A stretch of DNA of 64,000 nt, taken from contig NC_043006.1 of NCBI RefSeq assembly GCF_006345805.1, forward strand, positions 83,142,001 to 83,206,000, given 5' to 3'. Each line of letters opens with the position of its first letter. Position 1 is the first letter of the stretch. Below, piece by piece: positions 52,335-64,000 of this stretch. The translations under genes and the position numbers were made by a program. The DNA is from Octopus sinensis (lineage: Eukaryota). The notes below the pieces were generated by a model. That model did not search any database. It saw only the letters and a program-made list of their open reading frames with translations, and had not been told where the DNA came from.

Positions 52335-52605
52335 TGTTTATTCCTTCTCGAGCCACGCCTGGCTCATAGGGCCAATTTTCTGGTTTCCTTGGTGTATAGG
52401 TTCCCCACCTGGACGGGACGCCGGTCTGTCGCAGGTGATCTGCAAGATGCAGGAGGAAAGAGTGAGAGAAAGTTGTGGCGAAAGAGTCAGCAGAAGTTCG
52501 CCATTACCTTCTGCCGGAGCCGCGTGGTGTTTCGCTCTGAGATTCGAACCCGCAATCCCTCAACCGCGAATCCACTGCTCTAACCACTAGGCCATGTGCC
52601 TCCAC
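52335..52605 (-). mobile_element. SINE family C
   Basis: Matches 18245-18528; B-box GGGTTCGAATCTC. Confidence 0.85.
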
Positions 52606-53446
52606 AAAATAAGCAGTGAAGTCCTAAAATTAATTATGTAGTAATCGGTGGTGTTAAACCGGATGATAGATTAAGTCTACCACCTAAAAAGGATACGGCA
52701 GAATTTGAGCTGAGGACGCATAGAACCGTAACAAATACTGCAGTACGACACTACATTTTCTTTATGGATCCCGAAAAGATAAAAAGCAAAGTTGATCTTG
52801 GTGAAATTTGAACTCAGAACGTAAGGAGCCAGAAATCTTATAGGACGGGATTTCCCTTAATACTCTAACGCTTCCACCAATTAATTCTCTGTCGGATCTA
52901 AACAAATTAACTCTTAGACAACAACAATAATAGCTGTTACGACAATAGCGCCAGCCAATGTTTTATTTGGCTCCAGACAATGTTATAATTGTCTTCCTTC
53001 ATTGTATATGATAAGTGAAACTTATCAACATAAACAATTTGATAGCAGAGTCTTAGTTTTGCACTACTTGATTATAACACCGCTGAAGTAAAAAATCTCT
53101 CGGTGTTATTAATAGTTAATGATTCTACCGTCGTTGTTATTTTAAATTTAGTTTTATTATCTGACATTGGCTAAAGCCGAAACTACTCGTTATGCTCAAT
53201 TTCATTTTGAGTTCATTTCATATTTCCTTATTTCATAATCTTTTTGATTTCAATTTATATTCAATAAGTTGGAGAGACAAGGTTTCTGCAATGATGACCG
53301 TCTCGGTATACGTCTTCAGTGTCGATCTAATTACTCGTAAATGGTGTATGAGACGTCTTGGCACAGACGTTTTGGCGCCGCCTGTTTGGCTTTGCTGATT
53401 CGGTGCTAACTTATTTGACATCAGATGTTTTACGGTTTCTCTCGTC

Positions 53447-53488
<42 letters not shown>

Positions 53489-53989
53489 TTTTCCCTCGCA
53501 TTCTATCCTTCTCTCTCTCCCTCTCTTTCTATACTCTCTCTTTCTCACACTCTCTCATTTCTCTCCCTCTTTCTGTTAACGTACGTGTCTGTGTACATAT
53601 TTCCCTTTATGTATATGAGGATATTTACGTCAATTGTATTAAATTAACAAATGCTAATCTCTCCACCTCTCTCTCTCTCTTTCTCTCTCTCTCTTTCTCT
53701 CTCTCTCAGTCTCAGTCTCTTTCTCTATCCGTATGTTTATATCTCTGTGCGCGTGCTTGTGTTTGTCTTCAGGACCAAAAATTGCTGCCACCAAAACAAG
53801 TTCAATGTCCACTCAGCCGTGCCAAATCACCAGCGGCCAAGCAACCGCATCCAATCATCTCATTCTGTCATTAACATGTTTTTGATACCTATATTTAAAA
53901 CTCCAGAACGTGGATCTCTTTCGCCGGGTTGTCTTTCATTCATCCAGGGGCACCAGATTGAAGAAATTTTAGCATATTGAATCGACTCT

Positions 53990-54240
53990 AGTATTTTACC
54001 AGTCTCTTTGGTCGAACTGCTAAGTTACGGAGAGGTGAACACACCAACACCGGTCGTCAAACGTTGGTGGGAGACAAGCACACATACACACACGACAGAT
54101 TTTCTTCAGTTTCCGTCTACCAGATCCACTCATAAGGCTTTGGTTGGACAGAAACCATAAAAGCACAAGGTGCCACACAAGGAATCCAGAAACATACGGC
54201 TGGGAAGCAACACTCTTACCACACATCCACTCTCGCACCT
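53990..54240 (-). mobile_element. SINE family B, degenerate
   Basis: GCTAAGTTACGG...ACACACCAACA...CAGTTTCCGTCTACCAGATCCACTCA. Confidence 0.7.
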
Positions 54241-55269
54241 AATTGCTCAATATTAATAAATAACATAAAGATACTCGACAAGATAACATCGTAGAATCCT
54301 GTACAATTTGGTAGAGATTAGCAGAATATTTCAAACGGTATTCTTTTCAAAAAGCTTATACACTGAATCATTTAATATTTGCGAACACATTTCTACTTCA
54401 TTTCTTGATCAAACAAAGATATAATCAAAATTTAAAACGTTTTCCGATTTAGAGTATTTTACGCAGTTCTTTAGTAAAAGCAGTCAAAACTGTATTGGCA
54501 ATCCCAGAAGTTTATAATATTTAAACAGTCTTAAGAAAATAAAAAAGTCTAACAATTCCCTAGGAAATCAGCCTCCAAACATGAATCACTGAAACTACAA
54601 GGTGGAAGAGAAAAAAGAAATTATCATAAAAATTATGATAACGGAAATGACTAGTATAAGTTAAACATAAGGTAACCGGAAGTTTACAACGAAACTTTTG
54701 TGACAATATAAACAACAGAATGCATTCATTATTCATTTCGACTGCGAAGTAAACAGACGTATCATCGAAAGAAATTATCTTTCTGCTCAGCAAAAGAACA
54801 AACCACTGTGAATAGATATATAAACTTAAACAAAAAAAGAACCTATTATTTCCCGTATAATCAAACTGATATGAAATCAGAAACGATATTCAACAAAATA
54901 CAGCTCCTCTATGATGCTGCTTCTCAAAAAGTAAGGCTATATTTCACTTGTATGCAATGATAGTAATTGCAATATTAAACTAATATTATGCATGGTAGTT
55001 CATTTCTTAGTAAAATTGCTTTTCAACGCATTAATTCATTATTTTCATTCACCGCCTTTGTCAGTTAGTTGCTGTTTTTAAATTGATGTTCATCATTGAA
55101 AATATCATACAGGCAAGCATATGTATTAATTTAGAGATAGTAGGCCTCTACATCTCACCATATGAAATTTGTGTAGGGGCCTGCTATCTTTAATTAAAAT
55201 ATATTTCTTCATTGAGAATAATTTGAACCTCTGTTATGCCGAAATTTTGATTCCCTAAAAAATAATATA

Positions 55270-55745
55270 TATATATATATATTCTATAATTATGAGCATA
55301 ATTATAATTAGGGTTCACAAAATATTCGATGGCGCTTGGTCGAGTACGTATGTTAATTATCAGTGCTCTCAAATGTAAAACTTGAAATACTATACTGAGA
55401 AAGGGAATAAGTGAATAGAAATATGATTTTACATCTTTTTACATCTCTTTAACCCCGAAACGCGTATATAGTTAATCAAAGCTGGGTGGATTCGTTATTT
55501 CTTTCTCTTTACCTGCGTGAGTTGTAGAGTTTTGCTGTCTGGGAGATATCTTATGGAAGTAGTATAGTATTTTAACTGCTATTTCTAAATTTCGGTATGT
55601 GGTGAAGCAAACTTTGCTGAACCCTAATTATAATCATGCTCATAATTATAAATTTTTTATATAAGTTTACCGATAATGGTTCACAGAACTACTTGGTAAA
55701 ATTATTAATTATTAATTGATTAATTAATTTTACCCTTCATTATAT
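55270..55745 (+). mobile_element. Probable Penelope-like pseudo-LTR with a hammerhead-like motif and partial inverted repeat
   Basis: ACTATA-CTGAGAA-...CCCC-GAAA-CGCG-TA-TATAGT at 55389-55472. 55288-55317 is inverted relative to 55620-55650. Flanked by (TA)n. Confidence 0.6.
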
Positions 55746-55928
55746 ATATATATTCACACACAGGGCAAGACGTTGCTATTCCTCGTCAGTTATCGTGCAA
55801 AAGATCCTTACAATTGCACGCCTTTCACGATAATACTGTTCGCTTTCGGTGGCGTCAATGGCGAGAAGCTACTGAGAATAGGGAATGAACAAGGGACAGT
55901 AACGAAAACAAAATGTGAACAAAGAAAT

Positions 55929-55966
<38 letters not shown>

Positions 55967-56196
55967 TTCCTTTTCAGCATAGAAAAAGATTGAGGCAGGT
56001 TCAATACTAAAGTATTTGAAAGCTTCATTTTAATATTCCTTGTTGTATTATGTAAATGTGTCTTTTCACACTGTGCTGATGATTTTCGATATTATACTAC
56101 GTCACTACCGGCTCAGGTAATATTACACCTAAACATATATGCATAAATGTAATATTACACTTAAACATATATACGTACATGTATATATATATATAT

Positions 56197-56241
<45 letters not shown>

Positions 56242-56432
56242 TATATATATATATATATGGTATATATATATATCTATATATATATATCTATATTATAATA
56301 TATATATGTATATATATTATAATATATATATATATTATTATATGGTATATATATATATAATATATAATATATATATATATGTATATATAATATATATATA
56401 TATATTATATATTATATATATATATATATATA

Positions 56433-56486
<54 letters not shown>

Positions 56487-56516
56487 ATGTATATATATTA
56501 TATATATATATATATA

Positions 56517-56555
<39 letters not shown>

Positions 56556-56562
<7 letters not shown>

Positions 56563-57066
56563 GGGGCAGAGAAGAAGGGCGTTTTTGAAAAGTTCACAGA
56601 ATCATTAATTTTAGCTGCAGACAAATTTTATTGACATCAGTGTGTTTGTATTGAATTAGCATTGTCAAAATCAAGTGTGGGCAACAACATCCATCATGAG
56701 GTGTCCGTTTTTATTGCTGCTTTTCTGAAGGCTTTCCGGGGTCCGTGCCGTTCATGGCGCCCCCATTGGTCTATTATTCAATAGCGTACCTCGTGTATGA
56801 AGTGCATTCACCCTACAGCCTAATTTCGGTGAATGTTGAAGTGGCGCCGAAACTCACGTTGAACTGCTGTGAAAGACTCGTTATTTTCACGTATCTGTCG
56901 TAGGTAAACACGCGATGCTCTATCGTCAACAGCGCCATGGCTTCACCTGAAAAGAAAAAGAAATGTTAAAATACCACGGACCGAATGGTACCTGTCAGAC
57001 ATATGTCCCTCCCCTGTTGCTGAGCAATAACATTTTCAAAAACGTCCGTACTCTCTGCCCCATCCC

Positions 57067-57070
<4 letters not shown>
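56556..57070 (-). mobile_element. Internally deleted Tc1/mariner-type element (DUF4817-like N-terminus)
   Basis: TIRs GGGTGGGGCAGAGA...GTTTTTGAAA and TTTCAAAAACG...CTCTGCCCCATCCC within (TA)n. Minus strand MALLTIEHRVF...TAVQREFRRHFNI. Confidence 0.75.
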
Positions 57071-57100
<30 letters not shown>

Positions 57101-57819
57101 CATTATATATTATATATTATATATTACATATTACACATATATTATATATTATATGTATGCATGTATATGTCTAATGTATATATATATATTTACATACGTA
57201 CACACACTCACTTACAAACACTCACACACACACAAATAAAACCCAAGTTCTTTATGGGGTGTATAATCAGCATAGAATTAAACGATACAAGATAAGTTTT
57301 AAAACATTAAAATAATGATGAATAATGATGATAATTCATTAGCTCCCCAAGCTAATTAATCATCAAAATTAAAACATATTTCTTTACACGAGATAACATC
57401 TTTCACAGTGGAGAAATGTTAGTTCAAACCAATATCTGATGTGCTGTACAATTATTAAGATCCAGAATGAAGTATCTTTTCATTAGTTTTTGATATTGTT
57501 AAGAATGTAAATATGGTGACGGTAGAGTGTGATGAGCCAGAGAAGTATTTTACGTAACATTATTCGTTCTCTTTGTTTTTACCTTTTCCTGTAACCTTTT
57601 TCGTGGTGACTTTGTATAAATTTGAAGAATATAATTTTACTTTGAAATTCACTAACGGTAAATGATACACTCACTGATATTGTGGAAAGCTTTACGGGCT
57701 GAAATAAATTTTGCGGTCTGAGAATTTCTCTCAGGCAAAACCTATAGCGTCATATCACTCAGTTGGGTGCATACACATCAAGTATTCACCACAGCTGGAT
57801 ATATATATATATATATTTA

Positions 57820-57850
<31 letters not shown>

Positions 57851-58046
57851 ATATATTATATATATATATATATATATATGCATGTATGTATGTATGACTG
57901 TGCATCAAAGTGTGTGTGTAATATGCGTGTGTATGTACATATATATACAGATATATATGCATATGTACGTATATGTCTATATATATATATATATATTATA
58001 TATATATACTATATATATATATATAAATATATATGAATATATATAA

Positions 58047-59617
58047 ATATCGTTATATTTCGGAATGGTCATATTGCCAGTTTAGCCAATAAAAACACAC
58101 GCACTATATATTTGGTGTTATTTTGCTTCAGTGATATTTATTTTTTACATTAATCTTAATCTTATTTCGGCCAAAGAGTTACCCTAAAAGGCCACACATT
58201 TAAATTTAATAATAAAATATATGCCCAGGACGAGGGGGCAGCCATCGGTGTTAGTATCGCTGGTGATGTGGCCAACCTCTTCATGGTATGGTGGGACAGA
58301 AGGCTTAAAGAATGCCTACTGCAGAAATCCATACTCGTAAACATGTACTCTCGCTATGTTGATGATATCAACATAGTAGTAAAGGCACCCCCACAAGAGG
58401 GTAATGTTGATATAGTAATAGAAACTAATACTATGGAGAGCATCCAGCAAATAGCTAACTCCATCCACCAGAGTATTAAGGTCACAATAGACTACCCCAC
58501 TAAACACCCCAACCATAGACTACCAGTACTAGACACTGAACTCTGGCTAGAAATTGTGAAAAATAAAGCCCAAATCCTTCATTCATACTATGCAAAACCT
58601 ATGGCCTCAAAATACCTGATCCACCGGAACTCAGCCATTGCGGGCAATGCCAAATTCAATATTTTGATGGCAGACCTCGTCAGAATAATGAGAAATGTGT
58701 CACGCATGTGCGAGCCTACAGAATTAAAGAGACACATACAGTATTTCATTCACCGCATGCAGTTCTCAGGTTACAGCCATAAAGAAAGGATCAGAGTATA
58801 CAAAGGAGCCATGAAGAAATTTGATAATATATTATGTAATGATAGGAATGGGATTTGCCCACTCTATAGGAACAAGTCATGGAACACTATAGAAAGGACA
58901 AAAAAGAAAATAGGGAAGGCCAACTCTTGGTATGATAGCCATAAATACCAGAGTGTCATGTTCGTTGACACCACCCCTGGAGGTGAACTGGCGTACCGCT
59001 TTAGAAGGCCCTAGATAAACTTAAACTAAGAATTAAGGTTGTTGAAAAGCCAGGCAACCCTATCAGATCTATAATTGGTAGAACCTATCCTTTAGTAGAA
59101 CCCTCTGTACGGATAACTATTGCACTGTATGTAGATTTAGCCCACAAACAAACTGTAAAGCCAGAAATGTGGTCTATAGTATAAGATGTATAGAGGGACG
59201 ATGCAGTAACAAGACAGTAACATACGTAGGGGAAACAGCAAGAAGCATTGGAGAGCGGGTGAATGAACATTGGAGACACTCAAGGAAGGTAGAGCTCATC
59301 GATTCTGTACCAACACGCCGAACAGGAACACACGGGGATCAATCAATAACATAGAGATTAAGATATTGTCCACACATAGAACAGATGCAACAATTAGACA
59401 AATTACAGAAGCTACACATATAATAGAAAATAAACCTAGCCTGAATAGAAAACTAGAATGGAGCAATAGCACACACCACAACATATGACGATAGTGGATC
59501 CTGCAAACATATAAATACACAGATAATTAAAGAAATAGAAATGAATAACTATATATGTATATATATCTATGTATGTATATGTGTGTATATATATATATAT
59601 TATATATAATATGTGTA

Positions 59618-59648
<31 letters not shown>

Positions 59649-60130
59649 TTTTCGATTAGATTTATTATTATTATTACTAATATTGTTGTTATACATACAT
59701 ACAAGCATATGTAATGATAATAATGGGTGGATGTAAACACATGAACAAAATTAGAACAAAAGCAACAACAACAAAACAAAATACAAATTACAAGAATGTA
59801 TATAAACAAAGATACAAATTTACAGGCATCCCCCCCACACACACACTAAATAAACATAGACGCACATAGAGATATAAGCATGCGCAAATGAAGACATACA
59901 ATAGAAATACAAAATGGCTGACGGTTAGTAAGGAGAGACACAAATAAGTGAGAAGAAAACAAAGGACCACTGATGCGGTCACAGGAGTGTGACGAAAGAA
60001 CTTTGGCCGAAATAAGATTAAGATTAATGTAAAAAATAAATATCACTGAAGCAAAATAACACCAAATATATAGTGCGTGTGTTTTTATTGGCTAAACTGG
60101 CAATATGACCATTCCGAAATATAACGATAT
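58047..60130 (+). mobile_element. Penelope-like retroelement (RT + C-terminal GIY-YIG), 5' truncated, with 130-bp inverted terminal repeats
   Basis: 58047-58176 is the reverse complement of 60001-60130. RT GAAIGVSIAGDVANLFMVWWD and RYVDD; Cys linker CTDNYCTVC; endonuclease VVYSIRC...YVGETARSIGERVNEH...LNRKLEW. Confidence 0.93.
58178..59488 (+). pseudogene. PLE reverse transcriptase / GIY-YIG endonuclease, frameshifted
   Basis: Frame open from 58178 to 59014, then continuing in shifted frames (59169-59354 and 59270-59488). Confidence 0.9.
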
Positions 60131-60189
60131 CTGTTTCAACACACGACTTCACATAAAAAATCTTGCACAACAAATATTTAAACGTACTA

Positions 60190-60248
<59 letters not shown>

Positions 60249-60251
60249 GTA

Positions 60252-60284
<33 letters not shown>

Positions 60285-60300
60285 ATATATATAATATGTA

Positions 60301-60466
60301 TAGGCGCAGGAGAGGGTGTGTGGTAAGAAGCTTCCTTTCCAACCACATGGTTCTGGGTTCAGTCCAACTGCGTGGCACCTGAGACAAGTGTCTTCTACTA
60401 TAGCCTCGGGCCGATTAAAGCCTTGTGAGTGAATTTGGTAGACGGAAACTGAAAGAAGCCCATCGT
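60301..60466 (+). mobile_element. SINE family B head
   Basis: GGCGCAGGAG...GTGTGGTAAGAAGC...CAAGTGTCTTCTACTATAGCCTCGGGCCG. Confidence 0.85.
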
Positions 60467-60988
60467 ATATATATATATATGTATGTACGTGAGTATATAC
60501 ATATATATGTATATATATATTATATATATATATATATATACTCACATACATATATATATATACTCACATACATATATATATATATACTTATATATATATA
60601 TATATATAATATATATATATGCGAGAGCAAAACTAATTCACGTATTTCACGATATTATTCAATAAATATTGCATAAAGCAAATGTAAAATTAATACAGCT
60701 GTACTATTTATTCAGACCATCAAGCAGCAGCCGTTTCGGCCTAAGAACTCATCAAGTGTACTGCCATATGTTTCTCATTCAGTATGTTAATGATACCGTG
60801 AAAAGACCTGTGCTTGAAACGGTGGTAGTTTCAGTGTCTGAGTACATAAATGTATCTATGTGTGCGTGAGTGTGTATGGTTGCGTCTTTATGCACGAATC
60901 TACGTATGCATGTGCTGATTTAGGTACTTATTAGAATGCTCGAGTTAATTTGATAATATATATATACATACATATATAGAAATATATA

Positions 60989-61051
<63 letters not shown>

Positions 61052-61147
61052 TGAATGGGTAGATGGATGGATGGATGGATGCGCAGATTTGTATCTATGT
61101 ATGTATGAATGTATGCATGTATGTATATGTATATATATATATAATAT

Positions 61148-61197
<50 letters not shown>

Positions 61198-61269
61198 AGT
61201 GTGTGTATTACATAACACTTCATTAACGAGATTTTGTTTACTAATTAATATATACACATACACTAGGGT

Positions 61270-61560
61270 AAGTTAAAAGTAATACACACTCTTGTTTTCG
61301 TAATTTTTGCAAAAGAAAAGTAGAAGTTGAACAATTAAATCACCTTTCAACAGAGGCCCCTTGCTTTTCGATGCACCTCTTCTATCGTGGGGGATTTTGT
61401 ATACAGAACCATGAGAAATTTGCTGAGAACATGTCACCTCATCGACAGTCACTCCTCGGTTCGCCAGAATTATAACTCGAGTTTGTTGGATCTTTATATT
61501 CGAGGCTCCAGTGAATTTAGAGGGTGTTACTCGGGCACTCAACTATGTTCCCACTACATC
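61270..61560 (-). mobile_element. Mariner transposase remnant
   Basis: ILANRGVTVDEVTCSQQISHGSVYKIPHD resembles the second HTH of mariner transposases. Confidence 0.6.
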
Positions 61561-61647
61561 ATATATCAGTAAAACCTGTAAGCTAATGAAGTTCATAAGA
61601 TAATCATTGTCTCATTTTCGTATGTATATGTGTATGTATATACATAT

Positions 61648-61966
61648 GGTGAAGGCGCGTACTTAGTGGTAAGAGCATTGGGCTCACGATTGTAAGGTCG
61701 TGAGTTCGATTCCCGGCGACGCGTTGTGTCCTTCAGCAAGACACTTTATTTCCCGTTGCTCCAGTCCACTCGGCTGGCAAAAATGAGTTGTACCTGTATT
61801 TCAAAGGGCCGGCCTTGTCACACTTTGTGTCACGCTGAATCTCCCTGAGAACTACGTTAGGGGTACCCGTATCTGTGGATTGCTCAGTCACTTGCACGTT
61901 AATTTCATGAACAGGCTGTTCCATTGATCGTATCAGCTGGAACCCTCGTCGTCGTCGACGGAGTGC
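61648..61966 (+). mobile_element. tRNA-derived SINE, family D
   Basis: A-box CTTAGTGG, B-box GAGTTCGATTCC, CORE-like GTGTCCTTCAGCAAGACACTT. A tail-like fragment also lies at about 7855-7900. Confidence 0.82.
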
Positions 61967-62006
61967 TCCTATATACATATGTGTGTGTGTCTGTATGTAT
62001 GTATAC

Positions 62007-62041
<35 letters not shown>

Positions 62042-62209
62042 TGTATGTATGTATGTATGTATGTATATTCCTTCCTTTCATTCTTTCTGTTGGGTTACCT
62101 CTACCGTCCAGAGACGGGCTATGTGCAAAACGTTCTAACTTTTACCATTTCCATTCATGAACCTGAAGATAATAACGATGAAAGATTGATGAATAAATAA
62201 ATAGATAAT

Positions 62210-62285
<76 letters not shown>

Positions 62286-62314
62286 AGATAGATAGATAGA
62301 TTGATTGATTGATT

Positions 62315-62351
<37 letters not shown>

Positions 62352-62359
62352 GAAGATAG

Positions 62360-62390
<31 letters not shown>

Positions 62391-62413
62391 TATATATATA
62401 TAGATAGATAGAT

Positions 62414-62502
<89 letters not shown>

Positions 62503-62515
62503 TGATTGATTGATT

Positions 62516-62554
<39 letters not shown>

Positions 62555-62562
62555 GAAGATAG

Positions 62563-62595
<33 letters not shown>

Positions 62596-62604
62596 TATAT
62601 ATAT

Positions 62605-62674
<70 letters not shown>

Positions 62675-63034
62675 GTGTGTGACGGTCTTAATGGTAACTT
62701 GGATATCTCCCGCTCATATTGTAGACAAATAAAAAAAATGGCAATTAGTGAAATGATTTTTAAATTAAACGACGAAATAAATTTCAGCTTTTTCGTTGTT
62801 CCATTAATTTATTAGAGGATACGCTCAGAAATATCAAATTTACTTTTCCTAATTTCGTTTGAAATGTAGTCTAAAATAAATTATCAGCTTCAATCGTTAA
62901 TTACAATGGCAGTAGTAATTCTTGCCAGCAACATTAACATGGACGTCATCATCAGCAGCAGCAACAGCACCAGTATCATATTCATCGACATCAACACCAC
63001 CACCATCAACAAAACCAACAACAACATCAGCAGC

Positions 63035-63420
63035 TGTGGAGGCGCAATGGCCCAATGGTTAGAGCAGCTGACTCGCGGTCGGAGGATCGCGGTTTCGATT
63101 CCCAGACCGGGCGTTGTGTGTGTTTATTGATCGAAAACACCTAAAGCTCCACGAGGCTCCGGCAGAGGATGGTGGCGACCCCTGTTGTACTCTTTCGCCC
63201 CAACTTTCTCTCACTCTTTCTTCCTGTTTCTTGTCCCCGACTTCCTACGCAACCGCTGAGCCTGGATGCTCATTCATCCATCCGTCGATGCTCTCATTGT
63301 CGGGGGTTGACCTGCTTTCTCTACTGCGGGTTTTGCGAATAGCAAAGAACCACGTTTCGGACTTCTCCCACTACAGAGGCGCGATCTTGCGAGCTCTAGG
63401 ACGAAGACCGCTTTACTCAA
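63035..63420 (+). mobile_element. SINE family C head with an alternative 3' tail
   Basis: 63035-63230 matches 47025-47218; the sequence then diverges completely. Confidence 0.8.
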
Positions 63421-63929
63421 CAGCCACCACCACCAACATTATCATCAGCAGCAGCAGCACCAGCATCAGCATCATATTCATCGACATCAATACCACCACC
63501 ACCATCTTCATCATCGTTGTCGTCATCATCATCATCATCTTCATCGTCACCTCCATCATTTTCAGAGACATTGTCAGAATTAATAGAAGAAACGCTAGAG
63601 CGTCGGATAAATTGCTTTACGGTATTTTGTTTCGCCAACCTTAACTTTCCCTTTCATTCATCCGAGCTAGATAAAAAAAAGTACCAGTCAAGCTCTGGAG
63701 GGCTGATATCATCGATTCATATCGCCCCTTTTACCCGTATATTAAAGGAGGGATCGTTAGGGTGTCGAACAAAACGCCTTACGATATTTGTTCCAGTTCT
63801 TTGCATTCTTATTTCAATTCCCTTCAATTCCCTTCAATTCCCTCCTCCTTCTTCTTTCCAGGGTCAAGTAAGATTAGTGGGGTTAATTTCATCGATTAAC
63901 TCCTCTCTTCAAATATGCGATCTTGTGAA

Positions 63930-63986
<57 letters not shown>

Positions 63987-64000
63987 GCCTTTGCACGGCT

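Noticed and set aside
60725-60760. Minus-strand TTGATGAG...CGAAAC hammerhead-like string
   Set aside because: Core position 3 is altered and the stems pair poorly; too degenerate to call.
62906-63644. 176-aa and neighbouring ORFs with poly-Ile/Ser/Asp
   Set aside because: SINE sequence plus (CAT)/(CAG)/(CAC) trinucleotide repeats.

Overview
AT-rich eukaryotic DNA saturated with microsatellites: (TA)n, (CA)n, (TAA)n, (GATA)n, (GACA)n and (CATA)n. The repeat and SINE content is most consistent with a cephalopod (Octopus-like) genome; this is an inference. I recognise no intact host gene, rRNA, true tRNA or CRISPR array, and most entries in the ORF track are microsatellite translations. The recognisable content is transposable-element derived: an internally deleted Ty3/Gypsy element with its 5' LTR (5.1-7.4 kb); R4/Dong-type 3' ends in (TAA)n tracts (12.6-14.0 kb); a decayed hAT element with TIRs and a perfect 8-bp TSD (21.6-23.8 kb); two L1/Tx1-like LINEs (25.4-27.2 and 31.2-33.0 kb); an RTE-like LINE (33.9-36.3 kb); a mariner nested in a SINE (37.0-38.3 kb); a Penelope-like element (PLE) with RT, GIY-YIG and perfect 130-bp inverted ends (58.0-60.1 kb); four tRNA-derived SINE families; and fold-back MITEs. 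Three patterns stand out. (1) Several minimal hammerhead-ribozyme-like motifs are linked to PLE ends, and in two cases an inversion breakpoint falls at the ribozyme. (2) Near-perfect palindromes recur in or beside (TA)n/(CA)n tracts. (3) Different retroelements appear to partition the microsatellite types as insertion sites. A few splice-bounded segments may be exons of a long-intron host gene, but they are unverified.
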